DNA of 64,000 bases. Origin: Tubiluchus corallicola. Taxonomy: Eukaryota; Animalia; Priapulida. This document shows, one piece after another, positions 1 to 11,107 of the stretch. Location: positions 310,046 to 374,045 of the forward strand of contig JAQGDQ010000216.1 of the NCBI GenBank assembly GCA_030141605.1. Direction: 5' to 3'. Under the pieces are notes generated by a model, which saw only the letters and a program-made list of their open reading frames with translations, was not told the DNA's origin and made no database searches. How positions within the stretch are numbered: the stretch's first letter is position 1; each line of letters opens with the position of its first letter. The position numbers and the translations under genes are program-made.

Positions 1-480
1 TCCGAACTGTTTTCCCTGAATCTAAAACACAAATATGTGTTGTTCATCAAATCCGTAACGCAAGCAGATACGTGGTTTGGAAAGATAAAAAGGCATTTAC
101 AAAAGATATGAAGCAAATCTAATGCCCCTACAAAAGAGGCTGCAAAAGCAGCTTTAGAAGATTTTGCAGCAGCTTGGGAGGATAAATACTCTTACGCAAT
201 TAAAAGCTGGCGAGACAACTGGGAAGACCTAACAGTATTCTTTGAGTTTCCGCTGGAAATCATAAAGATAATTTATACAACCAACCTGATTGAGAATCTC
301 AACGGAAAAATCAGAAAATACACAAAAAACAAACTTTCATTCCCGTCAGACCAGGCTGTAATGAAATCTGTATTTTTGGCAACCAGAGAAGCAACTAAAA
401 AATGGTCAATGCCAATCAGAAACTGGGGCATTGTCTTGAATCAGTTCTTAGTTATATTTGAAAAAAGGGTCCAGCTATAA
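1..480 (+). pseudogene. IS256 transposase C-terminal part, frameshifted
   Basis: At ~120 reads gcaaatct-aatgccc versus gcaaatctataacgccc in the intact copy (2-bp loss giving TAA); normal stop at 478-480. Confidence 0.85.
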
Positions 481-532
481 ATAGCCAAACCCTCGGTATT
501 TTTTTAGTTTACACACTTTGTGAAACAGTGTC
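1..532 (+). mobile_element. IS256-family element, right part (runs off window start)
   Basis: Near-identical to the reverse complement of 6265-6800; ends in the terminal IR ...ttacacactttgtgaaacagtgtc at 532. Confidence 0.95.
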
Positions 533-567
533 AGATAGTGCTAGATAGTGCTTTTTTTGGAGTTTCG

Positions 568-1065
568 CTATTTTTCAGGCTGGCTTTTAAACTCGCGCTT
601 CAGGTTGATCATTTTTATAGCTGTAATGGCAGCTTCGTCTCCTTTATTTCCCAATATGCCGCCGGCGCGATCCATTGCCTGTTGCTGGTTGTCGGTTGTA
701 AGCACTCCAAAAATAACAGGGGTATTACTGTTTAAGTTCACCTGCATGGCTCCTTGCGTAACACCTTGGCATACAAAGTCGAAGTGGCTGGTTTCTCCAC
801 GAATTACACAGCCCAGCAATATAATGGCATCAACATTGGTATATTTTGCGAAAAACTGACCTCCCAATGCCAACTCAAAACTGCCCGGAACATGTTTAAT
901 TATAATATTATCATCACCAATACTACTCTTTTTTAGCGTTTTCACCGCTCCTTTTAAAAGGGCACCGGTAACTTCGCTGTTCCATTCTGATACAACTATG
1001 CCAAATGTCATAAGTTCGATGTCCGGCACGGATTGTATCTCGGTAGACTTGCCTTTTGTAACCAT
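568..1065 (-). CDS. ribH: 6,7-dimethyl-8-ribityllumazine synthase
   Basis: Motifs IVVSEWN, VPGSFEL, LGCVIRGETSHFDFVC, PVIFGVLTT, GNKG. Confidence 0.97.
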   Translation of the reverse strand: MVTKGKSTEIQSVPDIELMTFGIVVSEWNSEVTGALLKGAVKTLKKSSIGDDNIIIKHVPGSFELALGGQFFAKYTNVDAIILLGCVIRGETSHFDFVCQGVTQGAMQVNLNSNTPVIFGVLTTDNQQQAMDRAGGILGNKGDEAAITAIKMINLKREFKSQPEK

Positions 1066-1156
1066 ATTAAGAGTGTTTTTGTGTAATAGTAATCTCTCTC
1101 TTTCCCCATTTTGTTCCAGAGGGGGCCCTGTTGATATGGTATGGTAAGTTTCCGGA

Positions 1157-1852
1157 TTACTTGCTTAGCATAATATTGGTGCGTGCAATATATTTGTCTA
1201 TATGCCTTCCTTCTGCAGAGTCGGGGTATTTATCCCTGATCTGTTCGTACGCCATCAGCGCTTTTTGCAGGTTGCCAATCTCCTTATATGTTACAGCAGC
1301 TTTCATCAAATAGATAGGAGAGGTGAGCTTATTATCGCTTTGTGTGGCAGCCTCCATATATAGTTTTGCTGCTTTTTCATATTCACCTATTTCGGAGTAT
1401 GCATCTCCTGTAGCACCTTTTGCAACAGGTCCCAAAAGCTTATCTTTTGTGTGAAATTTTTCCAGAAATTCAATAGCGTCTTCAAACTGTCCGAGGCGCA
1501 GGAATGAAATTCCTGTGTAGTATAGCGCCAGTTTTCCTGATTTTGTATTGCCAAAGTCATCTATGATATCAAGAAATCCCGGATAATTACCATCGCCGTT
1601 AATAGCGAGGTCAAGCGAATCTTTGCTGAAGTATCGTTCGGCAACAAACATTTGCTCACTGGCAGTTTTTTGGCGAGGAAGGGTGTAGAAACGGTGTGTA
1701 GATATTAAAATCACCACTGCTGCAACTACTATCACTAATACAGCCGTGATGGCTTTCCTATACTTTTCAAAGAGCTGTTCCGCGGAAGTTAGTGCACTTT
1801 CAACCTCTTGTAAGTTGGTGTCAATTTTACTTTTTTTGCTTGCTTTGCTCAT
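1157..1852 (-). CDS. Membrane-anchored tetratricopeptide repeat protein (YfgM-like)
   Basis: N-terminal TM helix then TPR helices; usual position between ribH and recF; start moved to MSKASKK because a TAnnTTTG motif lies within the longer ORF extension. Confidence 0.85.
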   Translation of the reverse strand: MSKASKKSKIDTNLQEVESALTSAEQLFEKYRKAITAVLVIVVAAVVILISTHRFYTLPRQKTASEQMFVAERYFSKDSLDLAINGDGNYPGFLDIIDDFGNTKSGKLALYYTGISFLRLGQFEDAIEFLEKFHTKDKLLGPVAKGATGDAYSEIGEYEKAAKLYMEAATQSDNKLTSPIYLMKAAVTYKEIGNLQKALMAYEQIRDKYPDSAEGRHIDKYIARTNIMLSK

Positions 1853-2324
1853 ATTCTGATTCAAATACTTTTTTAAAATAGTTGTGATAGGGACAAAAGT
1901 ATATCTTTTTGCCGAACAGATTTCTATTTTTTCCATATAATTTTACGGAGCTACCAGATTGAAAATAAAGTTTTAAATATGTTTATTTAAAAAGAGCCCT
2001 TTGCAAGGCGAAATATTTTGACTCTGATTTAGGAAAAATTGAATAATAAATCACTCCTTGTCACTGCGAATTATGGGATTGGTGAAATATAAATTGGTGA
2101 AAAGATGGGTTTTACAAAGAGTCTCTCAATGGGCGATATCATAGTCGCGGTACGAGATGGTGAGATAGCGAGGGTAACGGACAGCTGGCGCAGCTTAATA
2201 CTTATTGATAAGTTCCTGATAAGAAAAATATGGGTATATTGCCGAAAGCGGTTATTTTTGGCCAAAATGTATAGATGTAAGGTTTAGCTTTTGTTGCTCA
2301 ACACTGGAAATTATCATTGTTTTT

Positions 2325-3431
2325 ATGCATATAAGTGAGTTATCTGTTGTCAATTACAAAAATATTACTGAAGCCAGGCTACAGCTTTCTTCAAAGCTGA
2401 ATTGCTTTATTGGTAATAACGGAGTTGGCAAGACCAATCTTCTTGATTGTATCTACTACCTTTCGTTTTGCAGGAGTTATTTCAACGCTTCCGATATTTA
2501 CAATATAAAGCATGGGGAGGAGTTTTTTATTCTGCAGGGTAGGTACATGAAGGGAGAGGATGGGGAAGAGGAGGTACATTGCGGGTTGAAGAGGGGGCAG
2601 AGGAAGAGGTTTCGCCGCAATAAGAAGGAGTATCAGAGGCTATTGGAGCATATTGGTGTATTGCCACTTGTCATGGTTTCCCCATCCGATGTACAGCTTA
2701 TTCTTGGAGGAAGCGAGGAGCGCAGAAAGTTTATGGACAATGTGATATCCCAGTCTGACCGTACCTACCTTAGTTGGCTGGTGAGGTATAATAGAGCTGT
2801 TTTGCAGAGGAACAGCCTACTTAAACATTTTGCAAAGAATCATGTTTTTGACGCAGCTGGCTTGGAGGTGTGGGATGAGCAGCTTGTAGCTTTTGGAGAA
2901 AAGATATATAAAAAGAGAACAGAGTTTCTTTCGGATTTATTACCGGTATTTCAGAAGTATTACCAGCTTGTTTCTAAGGGAGGTGAAGAGGTCTCTCTTA
3001 AATATTTATCACAACTGGAGAGTGGCGGGTTCAGGGACATGTTGAGAGAGGCTCTTCCTAAAGACAGGATATTGCAATATACTTCAACGGGAGTCCACAA
3101 GGATGACTTGGATTTAAAACTGGGTGGTTACCCCATAAAAAAGCTGGGTTCACAGGGTCAAAAAAAGACATATCTTATTTCGTTGAAATTGGCGCAGTTT
3201 GAGTTTATAAGCTCGGTGAGTGGGGCAAAGCCTATACTGCTTTTGGATGATATTTTCGATAAGCTTGACAGTGAAAGAGTAGAGCAGATTGTAAGCCTTG
3301 TCTCCGGAAACACCTTCGGGCAGATATTTATTACTGATACAAATAGAGAGCATCTTGACAGTATTATATCCAGCTCGTTGGACGATTACAAGATATTTAA
3401 TGTTACAGGCAGCGGGGTAGTTAGTGGTTGA
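2325..3431 (+). CDS. recF: DNA replication/repair protein RecF
   Basis: Walker A GNNGVGKTN, GGSEERRKFMD, GSQGQKKT, ILLLDDIFDKLD. Confidence 0.97.
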   Translation: MHISELSVVNYKNITEARLQLSSKLNCFIGNNGVGKTNLLDCIYYLSFCRSYFNASDIYNIKHGEEFFILQGRYMKGEDGEEEVHCGLKRGQRKRFRRNKKEYQRLLEHIGVLPLVMVSPSDVQLILGGSEERRKFMDNVISQSDRTYLSWLVRYNRAVLQRNSLLKHFAKNHVFDAAGLEVWDEQLVAFGEKIYKKRTEFLSDLLPVFQKYYQLVSKGGEEVSLKYLSQLESGGFRDMLREALPKDRILQYTSTGVHKDDLDLKLGGYPIKKLGSQGQKKTYLISLKLAQFEFISSVSGAKPILLLDDIFDKLDSERVEQIVSLVSGNTFGQIFITDTNREHLDSIISSSLDDYKIFNVTGSGVVSG

Positions 3432-3742
3432 ATACAAAAAATGTATTGAAAATGCGCAGGAATAAAGCGGTGAAGTTTGGTAATGTTATGAAGGATCTCT
3501 TAAAAGAGACTGGAATAGAGGAGAAGCTATCTGATGCCAGGAGTGTGAGCGCGTGGAGTGAGGTGGTAGGAGAGGTTATTGTAAAGGCAACAAGGAGTAT
3601 TTATATTAGGAATGGTGTACTCTATGTGCATCTCTCTTCTTCAGTGGTACGGAATGAACTGTTTATGATGCGACAAAGAATAATAAGTGATATAAACAGC
3701 AAGCCCGGTGTAAGCAAGATAAAGGCAATAGTTTTGAAGTAG
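3428..3742 (+). CDS. DUF721 / DciA-family protein
   Basis: W..VVG..I...T..IYIRNGVLYVHLSSSVVRNEL motif directly after recF; start may be the ATG at 3452. Confidence 0.85.
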   Translation: MNTKNVLKMRRNKAVKFGNVMKDLLKETGIEEKLSDARSVSAWSEVVGEVIVKATRSIYIRNGVLYVHLSSSVVRNELFMMRQRIISDINSKPGVSKIKAIVLK

Positions 3743-3830
3743 GTGCGGAGGCAGAGGGTATAGTGTACCTTTCGGTGTTTTATTAGAGGCAGCAAACAAG
3801 TATAGTAGATGGGTGTTTTAAAGGATATAT

Positions 3831-6233
3831 ATGGATAATGGTGTGAGAAAAGTTGGTGTTCTTCGTTTTATTATTTTGCTTCCCCTGTTTTTGGGAGCGC
3901 TGATAATTGTAGTTTTTTTTTCATGTGTCGGCCGTGGAGGGAGGAGTACCGGGCATACTGAGCCTGATGTTTATGCAGGATCGGAAAGCTGTAAAGAGTG
4001 TCATGAGGAGTTTTACCGCCTGTGGTCGACATCGCACCATGGTAAAGCGATGCAGCCGCTAGATGAGAGTTTTACTTCCGACAAGGTTCCCGAGATGAGA
4101 GAGTGGCAAGAGGTTGAGGGTGGGGAGTTTAGGATAGTGAAGCGCGAAGGGAAGTTATTATATGAGGAGCGTACCGGAGATAGTATTAACGTTTATGAGG
4201 CTGTTCATGCTATGGGTGGCAAGAATATTTTCTATTTTCTTACACCACTGGATAAGGGTAGGCTACAGGTGCTACCTTTGGCTTATGACCTTAATCGGGA
4301 AGAGTGGTACAATACCCAGGAGAGTGCTGTCAGGCACTTTGTAGAGGTAGTGGAAGATGAGGCACTACCGTGGAAGCATTATCTGTATACGTTTAATACA
4401 ACTTGTCACAGCTGTCACGTTAGCCAGCTGGAAAATAATTATGATCTGGAGTCCGGCACCTATTTTACTACATGGAGGGAACCCGGTATCAACTGTGAGG
4501 CGTGTCATGGCCCGTCAAGGGAGCATGTCGATGTTTTTCGCAATGCGAAGGATGGAGAGCATCCTGATGACTGGAAGATATTGTTGACATCAAAGTTTAC
4601 AACGGAGCAGCACAATTCGACATGTTCATCATGCCATGCGAAAATGTCGCCGGTTACAGCCCATTATCAGCCGGGTGAGGAGTTTTACGATCATTTTAAT
4701 CTTGTAACCCTAGACAATATTGATTATTACCCCGACGGTCGTGATCTGGGCGAGAATTATACTTACACGAGCTGGAGTCAGAGCCCTTGTGTTCAGGCAG
4801 GAGCGGAGTTTCATTGTGTTACGTGTCACACCTCATCGGGGCGTTATCGTTTTGCCGAGGAGGACCACAATAATGCATGTATGCCGTGTCATCAAAGTAA
4901 GGTGGAGAATATAGAGGCTCATTCATACCATCCGGCAGATAGTAAGGCGGGGCAGTGTGTGGCGTGCCACATGCCAAAGACCGAGTTTGCCAGAATGGTG
5001 CGTAGCGATCACTCTATGCGTCCGCCTATGCCTGCCGCAAGTGTTGAATTTGGTTCCCCAAACGCGTGTAATATTTGTCATGAAGGCAGAGATGCTGCTT
5101 GGGCAGACAGGGTGGTGCGTAAGCGGTATAAAAAGGATTATCAGGCTTCGGTGGTTTATGTTGGTAAGCTGATAAAGGAGGCGAGAGATAATGATTTTAG
5201 CAGGGTAGGGGAGATGCTGAGCTATATAAAAGAGAATGCAGACAAGGAGGTGTACACAGCGTCGTTAATAAGGTTGGTTGCCCGCGCTACTGATGATAGC
5301 AAGTGGGATGTTTTCAGGGATATGCTGTCTGCTGCCGAGTCGCCACTGGTTAGGATAGCTGCTGCTGAGGGGCTTGCTTCCGATTTTTCGCCGAAAAGTA
5401 AAAGTGTACTGTTAAGAGCATTAGATGACAGATATATGGCTGTGCGCATGGCTGCTATTTCATCATTAACACTTTACCCCCGAAGCTCTTTTTCACGGGC
5501 GGAGCTTTTAAAGCTTACTCCTTGTTTTGAGGATTATGAGGAGTTGCTTACTGCACGTATTGACGAGTGGTCGGCACACTATAATCTGGGTAACTTTTAT
5601 ACTCAGCAGGAGCGGTTTGATGAAGCGCTGTCTGCTTACAATATTTCGGCTGGGTTAAATCCGGAAGCGGTGCCTTCATTAGTGAATGCGGGATATGTTT
5701 ATGGTCTGGTTGGCGACTACGCCACAGCAGAAAAGAGGCTTGTACAGGCTCTTGTGGTTGCTCCTGATAATGAGGCTGCAAATCTTAACTATGCCCTTTT
5801 GCTGGGTGAGCAGGGACGCATGGGTGAGGCTGAGACTGTATATCGCAAGCTTATGGAGATAAACCCCAAGTCGGTTACTGCCGCATACAACCTTGCCGTT
5901 ATTCTATCCAAACAGAACATAGATGAGGCTCTGGTCTTTAGCGAGCTTGCTGCCCGGCATGATTCGGACAACAGTCGTTACAGCTATACATACGCCTATT
6001 TCCTTTTGCAGGCCAATAAAGGTTTGGAGGCTGAGAAGGTATTGCTACAGCTGATAAGCGATTTTCCGGATTATGGAGACGCGTATGCGCTGCTTGCCAA
6101 CTACTATCTGGAATCCGGTAGTGTAGACAAGGCAAAGAGTGTCTATACTAAAGCGTTGGAAGAGCAGAGTATTCCTGAAAGTGTAAAGCAGGCATTTGCT
6201 CGTAGCTTATTGCAGCTTAACGGTAGCAGGTAA
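3831..6233 (+). CDS. Octaheme c-type cytochrome with HEAT/TPR C-terminus, probable lipoprotein
   Basis: Eight CxxCH motifs (CKECH, CHSCH, CEACH, CSSCH, CVTCH, CMPCH, CVACH, CNICH); hydrophobic N-terminus ending FFSC; TPR motifs such as AHYNLGNFY. Confidence 0.88.
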   Translation: MDNGVRKVGVLRFIILLPLFLGALIIVVFFSCVGRGGRSTGHTEPDVYAGSESCKECHEEFYRLWSTSHHGKAMQPLDESFTSDKVPEMREWQEVEGGEFRIVKREGKLLYEERTGDSINVYEAVHAMGGKNIFYFLTPLDKGRLQVLPLAYDLNREEWYNTQESAVRHFVEVVEDEALPWKHYLYTFNTTCHSCHVSQLENNYDLESGTYFTTWREPGINCEACHGPSREHVDVFRNAKDGEHPDDWKILLTSKFTTEQHNSTCSSCHAKMSPVTAHYQPGEEFYDHFNLVTLDNIDYYPDGRDLGENYTYTSWSQSPCVQAGAEFHCVTCHTSSGRYRFAEEDHNNACMPCHQSKVENIEAHSYHPADSKAGQCVACHMPKTEFARMVRSDHSMRPPMPAASVEFGSPNACNICHEGRDAAWADRVVRKRYKKDYQASVVYVGKLIKEARDNDFSRVGEMLSYIKENADKEVYTASLIRLVARATDDSKWDVFRDMLSAAESPLVRIAAAEGLASDFSPKSKSVLLRALDDRYMAVRMAAISSLTLYPRSSFSRAELLKLTPCFEDYEELLTARIDEWSAHYNLGNFYTQQERFDEALSAYNISAGLNPEAVPSLVNAGYVYGLVGDYATAEKRLVQALVVAPDNEAANLNYALLLGEQGRMGEAETVYRKLMEINPKSVTAAYNLAVILSKQNIDEALVFSELAARHDSDNSRYSYTYAYFLLQANKGLEAEKVLLQLISDFPDYGDAYALLANYYLESGSVDKAKSVYTKALEEQSIPESVKQAFARSLLQLNGSR

Positions 6234-6264
6234 TAACGAGCTCTTCGCAAAGTTCACGTTTTAT

Positions 6265-7602
6265 GACACTGTTTCACAAAGTGTGTAAACTAAAAAAATA
6301 CCGAGGGTTTGGCTATTTATAGCTGGACCCTTTTTTCAAATATAACTAAGAACTGATTCAAGACAATGCCCCAGTTTCTGATTGGCATTGACCATTTTTT
6401 AGTTGCTTCTCTGGTTGCCAAAAATACAGATTTCATTACAGCCTGGTCTGACGGGAATGAAAGTTTGTTTTTTGTGTATTTTCTGATTTTTCCGTTGAGA
6501 TTCTCAATCAGGTTGGTTGTATAAATTATCTTTATGATTTCCAGCGGAAACTCAAAGAATACGGTTAGATCTTCCCAGTTGTCTCGCCAGCTTTTAATTG
6601 CGTAAGAGTATTTATCCTCCCAAGCTGCTGCAAAATCTTCTAAAGCTGCTTTTGCAGCCTCTTTTGTATGGGCGTTATAGATTTGCTTCATATCTTTTGT
6701 AAATGCCTTTTTATCTTTCCAAACCACGTATCTGCTTGCGTTACGGATTTGATGAACAACACATATTTGTGTTTTAGATTCAGGGAAAACAGTTCGGATA
6801 GTATCTGTAAAGCCATTCAAGTTATCTGTTGCCGTAATCAGGATATCGTTAACTCCACGGGCTTTCATATCGGTAAGTACGTTCATCCAAAAGGCAGCGG
6901 ACTCACTCTTGCCCAACCATAAGCCAAGAACCTCTTTTTTCCCATCTCTGCGAAGTCCTACGGCAATGTAAACGGTTTTGTTGACGACCTTAGAGTTCTC
7001 CCGCACTTTAAATACAATGCCATCCATCCAAACAATTAGGTATACAATTTCCAGAGGTCGGTTCTGCCACGCTACAATGTCGTTGGTGACTGAATCGGTA
7101 ATCCTTGATATGGTGGATGTAGAAACTTCAAAACCGTATAGCTCCCGAATTTGCTCTTCAATATCGCTATTACTCATTCCTTTAGCATAAAACGAAACAA
7201 TGATATTCTCTAAGCCATCGACCATGTTCCCTCCTTTGGGTACAATCATCGGATTAAACGAAGCATCACGGTCTCGGGGAACCTGAATGTTGGATTCTCC
7301 CAGAGTGGTTCGGACTCTCTTCTCTGAATAGCCATTGCGGGCATTCTGATTATTCGATTTTTGATTCTTATCATAGCCTAAATGACCATCGAGTTCTCCT
7401 TCAAGCATCTTTTCAATGCCTCGTTTTTGGAGCTCTTGTAAAAAACCATTGAGCTCTTCCCCTGAATTAAACTGTTCAAGGAAATCATCATTTAATAAAT
7501 CTTCTTTTTTCATTACTGTCTAAAGTTTTAAAATTAAACAAAAAAATGCCGAGGGTTGCAACCCTCGGCATTTTCTATTTACACAGTTTATGAGATAGTG
7601 CT
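6265..7602 (-). mobile_element. Complete IS256-family element (1338 bp)
   Basis: Imperfect terminal IRs gacactgtttcacaaagtgtgtaaa / tttacacagtttatgagatagtgct; 8-bp target duplication cgttttat at 6257-6264 and 7603-7610. Confidence 0.96.
6317..7513 (-). CDS. IS256-family (mutator-type) transposase
   Basis: [40 protein letters not shown] motifs. Confidence 0.97.
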   Translation of the reverse strand: MKKEDLLNDDFLEQFNSGEELNGFLQELQKRGIEKMLEGELDGHLGYDKNQKSNNQNARNGYSEKRVRTTLGESNIQVPRDRDASFNPMIVPKGGNMVDGLENIIVSFYAKGMSNSDIEEQIRELYGFEVSTSTISRITDSVTNDIVAWQNRPLEIVYLIVWMDGIVFKVRENSKVVNKTVYIAVGLRRDGKKEVLGLWLGKSESAAFWMNVLTDMKARGVNDILITATDNLNGFTDTIRTVFPESKTQICVVHQIRNASRYVVWKDKKAFTKDMKQIYNAHTKEAAKAALEDFAAAWEDKYSYAIKSWRDNWEDLTVFFEFPLEIIKIIYTTNLIENLNGKIRKYTKNKLSFPSDQAVMKSVFLATREATKKWSMPIRNWGIVLNQFLVIFEKRVQL

Positions 7603-7694
7603 CGTTTTATTAGCACTTTTATCAGGATTCTTTTTTAAGCCATCATTTTTGGACAGCCTCTTTGTGCGACTATTGAGCAGTGAAAAAGTTTTGA

Positions 7695-8687
7695 CTAATC
7701 GTTGACATCCTCTTCTGTATCCTGTCTGTCATCATCTGCAATTGATTCCCTCATAAAGGTGTCAGCGCCTATATTTTTGTATTTCATATAGTCCATGACA
7801 CCAAGGTTGCCACTCTTAAACGCTGTTGATATTGCTAAAGGAACCTGAGCTTCCGCTTCAATTACTTTTGCGCGTGCCTCCTGAGCTTTCGCCCGCATTT
7901 CCTGCTCTAGAGCGACTGCCATTGCGCGACGTTCCTCTGCTTTTGCCTGAGCTATGTTTTTATCTGCATCTGCCTGATCCATTTGAAGGACCGCCCCTAT
8001 ATTTTTACCAATATCAATATCTGCAATATCAATAGATAGTATTTCAAATGCTGTTCCTGCATCCAACCCTTTTTCTAGCACCAATTTTGATATTGAGTCG
8101 GGGTTCTCCAGCACCTCTTTGTGGGAATATGAGGATCCAATTGAGGATACGATACCTTCTCCCACTCTTGCCAAGATGGTCTCTTCTCCTGCTCCTCCGA
8201 CAAGCTGCTTGATGTTTGCCCTTACTGTTACACGAGCTTTGCAAATAAGCTGTATTCCATCTTTGGCAACGGCTGTAACTGGGGGCGTGTCAATGACTTT
8301 TGGGTTTACTGACATTTGAACAGCCTGAAACACATCTCTTCCCGCCAAATCAATTGCTGTGGCCATGTTAAAAGACAAGTCAATATTGGCTTTTTCGGCG
8401 GATACGAGAGCATGAACAACGCTTTCAACCCGTCCCCCCGCAAGGTAATGAGCCTCCAGTTGATCCCGCATTACCGCTTTCAGCCCGGCCTTATGTGCTT
8501 CTATCATCGCTCTTGTAATAGTACCGGGAGGAACCTTCCTGAATCTCATTAGAAAAAGTTGCAGTATTGATATGTTAACTCCTGAAACAAGAGCAGAGAA
8601 CCATAACCCTATCGGGATAAGGTAAACAAACAGCATCAGGAGTACAATTATCCCTACAAAAATTCCAATAATACTTGCCATGTCCAT
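7695..8687 (-). CDS. floA: Flotillin-like protein FloA (UPF0365/YqfA)
   Basis: [56 protein letters not shown]. Confidence 0.95.
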   Translation of the reverse strand: MDMASIIGIFVGIIVLLMLFVYLIPIGLWFSALVSGVNISILQLFLMRFRKVPPGTITRAMIEAHKAGLKAVMRDQLEAHYLAGGRVESVVHALVSAEKANIDLSFNMATAIDLAGRDVFQAVQMSVNPKVIDTPPVTAVAKDGIQLICKARVTVRANIKQLVGGAGEETILARVGEGIVSSIGSSYSHKEVLENPDSISKLVLEKGLDAGTAFEILSIDIADIDIGKNIGAVLQMDQADADKNIAQAKAEERRAMAVALEQEMRAKAQEARAKVIEAEAQVPLAISTAFKSGNLGVMDYMKYKNIGADTFMRESIADDDRQDTEEDVND

Positions 8688-8690
8688 AGT

Positions 8691-9167
8691 TTATCGACTT
8701 TTTATTTGTTTAATAACTAATTGATTTTTTAGCACTTTAATTACTTTTACCCTCTCTCCTGCATCAATCAGGTTTCCGGAGGTTTTACCTTCATACACAT
8801 TGTTGTCTACCAATATCTTCCCTATAGGTGCCAGCCTTGTTAATGCAACACCTCTGTCTCCCTGCTTTACAGCCTGCTTGTCTATTTGAGCTGCTTTGCC
8901 TGTAATAGCAGAGCTTAGTCTCATTTTTTTTCCCAACCTGCCTTTAAAGAAGCGGTAGAAAATGATCGGGGTTACTATTGTGACAAGAAGCAATGCAAGA
9001 ACACCTCCCCATATGCCATAGTTGACAAAAGCCAAGTATGTACTATACACAAATAATCCCCCCCCTGCAATTCCGAAAACAGTCACACCGGGAATAACCG
9101 CAAGCTCTATAATGAGTAGCACAGCTCCCAGAAGAATAAGTCCCAATATTATAACAATAGAGTTCAT
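8691..9167 (-). CDS. NfeD-family membrane protein
   Basis: TM helices then OB-fold motif G.ALTRLAPIGK; directly upstream of floA. Confidence 0.88.
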   Translation of the reverse strand: MNSIVIILGLILLGAVLLIIELAVIPGVTVFGIAGGGLFVYSTYLAFVNYGIWGGVLALLLVTIVTPIIFYRFFKGRLGKKMRLSSAITGKAAQIDKQAVKQGDRGVALTRLAPIGKILVDNNVYEGKTSGNLIDAGERVKVIKVLKNQLVIKQIKSR

Positions 9168-9193
9168 ACAAGAAGATTAGAGTTAAAATCACA

Positions 9194-9469
9194 TCATCTA
9201 ATTTCAACGTTGAGGCCGTATGCACCAAGTGCGTTCTCCATAGGGGCCAAATTCTCTTTTAACCCCTCTTTGATTATGCACTCACCCTTGTAGTGTGCAA
9301 TATATGTGCATTGCGACGCCTGAGTTGTATCGTGGTTACATACCTTTGATAATGTATTAGCTACATGGTCAAAAGTGTTATAGTTATCATTGTAGAGTAC
9401 AAGATACCTGTTTCTGGGTTCAATACTTCTGTTTACTTCTTTATCACTCTTTTTTTCCTTAATAGTCAT
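9194..9469 (-). CDS. clpS: ATP-dependent Clp protease adaptor ClpS
   Basis: LVLYNDNYNTFDHV, QASQCT.IAHYKG. Confidence 0.9.
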   Translation of the reverse strand: MTIKEKKSDKEVNRSIEPRNRYLVLYNDNYNTFDHVANTLSKVCNHDTTQASQCTYIAHYKGECIIKEGLKENLAPMENALGAYGLNVEIR

Positions 9470-9879
9470 AAATATTAATATTTAATGTTGCTTTATTACT
9501 GACTATTGCCCTATTGTCGAGGCGTTGCTGCAAGGTAGTAATAAAAAATTGTTACCCCAAATTAATTTTGTCGGTTTGTTTTAAATCAGACATTTAATTG
9601 GCGGTGATTTACTTTCAGCAGGGGTATGTGAGGCTTTGTTTAACAGAACTGAGGCTCCTGTGAGCACACTTTTTTATTAATACTATTTTTTCTTCAGATC
9701 TTTTTATTTATATCGGAATTACGGTTGGTTCTCTCTTCATCGTTATAATCAATTTTTTTGTTTTGCAAGAGCCCCGGCTTGATTTTGCCCATCGTGGGTG
9801 TAATTTTATATTTTTGTTTATTCGAGGCTGTAAAAAGTAGTTTTTTAAACTCGGTATTAATCCCGGAGGGCAGAGTCAA

Positions 9880-11025
9880 ATGAGGTTGTGTTATAAGCGT
9901 GTATTGATTGTTGTGCAGTTTGTATTTACTGGATATGTATATGGGCAGAATGTCTCTTTTAACGGGCAGGTTGACGGATGGATAACATTGAAGCTGCACG
10001 ATAGTTTTGGAGCGATGTCAGGTGCCAGGTATATACCTACTTTGGATTTTGAGTATTCCGTTTCAAAAAGTAGCCTGATTGACGTAGAGGCTTCGGCGAA
10101 TATTTTTGGAGCTACGGAGTATTTTGACTGTGACTTTAGCAGTAGTGGTGATATCAGGCCGTATCGGCTATGGTGCCGTTATAGTGGCGATAGACTGGAG
10201 GTGAGGGGAGGGCTTCAGAAGATAAATTTTGGACCTGGCATGATGCTACGCCCTCTTATGTGGTTTGATCAGATTGACCCGCGTGACCCTTTGCAGATTA
10301 CTGATGGGGTGTATGGAGTGCTGGCGCGTTACTATTTTATGAATAGCGCCAATGTATGGTTGTGGGGATTATACGGCAATGGTTCTGTCAAGGGGTGGGA
10401 AGTGGTGCCTTCAAAACGCAATCGTCCTGAGGCAGGTGGTAGGATACAGGTTCCTGCCCTGTCTGGAGAGGTAGCTGTTTCGTATCACAATCGTGAGGTT
10501 GATTTTGAGAAGGTGGTGGGGGTGATTGGGCGTGGAGAGGGAAGAGTTGTTGAAAATAGGGTTGGATTGGACGGAAGGTGGGATATTGAGGGAGGGCCGG
10601 GTTTGTGGTTTGAGAGTGTTATCACAAATCAGAGTATGCCCTCCGGTTATTATCCCTGGCAGAGGCAGCTGTGTATTGGAGCTGATTACACCTTTAAGGT
10701 CGGGAATGGCCTCAATGTGGTACATGAGTTGTTGTGGGCAGATGTGTCAGGGCGGGCTTTTGGTGGTGGAGAGGGAGGATTGTTTTCCGCCCTTTTGTCA
10801 AGTTACCCGCTGGGATTGTCAGATAATATTGTGGCGATAATATACTATGACTACTCGAATAGCGGCTGGTACCGGTTTATAAATTGGCAAAAGCAGTATG
10901 ATAGCATTGGTTTGCATCTTGTACTTTACTGGAACCCCGAAAAACTCAATGTTTACGGAGCTGCCGGAAACACTGCCGCCTTTCAGGGAAGTGGGGTGCA
11001 GTTTATGCTTGTGTTTAATCACTAA
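9880..11025 (+). CDS. Secreted hypothetical protein, probable outer-membrane beta-barrel
   Basis: Signal peptide, alternating aromatic beta-strand pattern, GLQKINFG...WFDQIDPRDP motif. Confidence 0.65.
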   Translation: MRLCYKRVLIVVQFVFTGYVYGQNVSFNGQVDGWITLKLHDSFGAMSGARYIPTLDFEYSVSKSSLIDVEASANIFGATEYFDCDFSSSGDIRPYRLWCRYSGDRLEVRGGLQKINFGPGMMLRPLMWFDQIDPRDPLQITDGVYGVLARYYFMNSANVWLWGLYGNGSVKGWEVVPSKRNRPEAGGRIQVPALSGEVAVSYHNREVDFEKVVGVIGRGEGRVVENRVGLDGRWDIEGGPGLWFESVITNQSMPSGYYPWQRQLCIGADYTFKVGNGLNVVHELLWADVSGRAFGGGEGGLFSALLSSYPLGLSDNIVAIIYYDYSNSGWYRFINWQKQYDSIGLHLVLYWNPEKLNVYGAAGNTAAFQGSGVQFMLVFNH

Positions 11026-11107
11026 TTTTGAGCCTGATAGCAAATGAGGCTTGGTGTGTGGTGGCGTTTCTTTTCGTTAATATTATTTTTTCTTCAACCC
11101 ATTTATT

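Noticed and set aside
1937-2324. Short ORFs 2071-2265 and 2105-2287 between the TPR gene and recF
   Set aside because: No recognisable motifs; may be a decayed gene but cannot be supported
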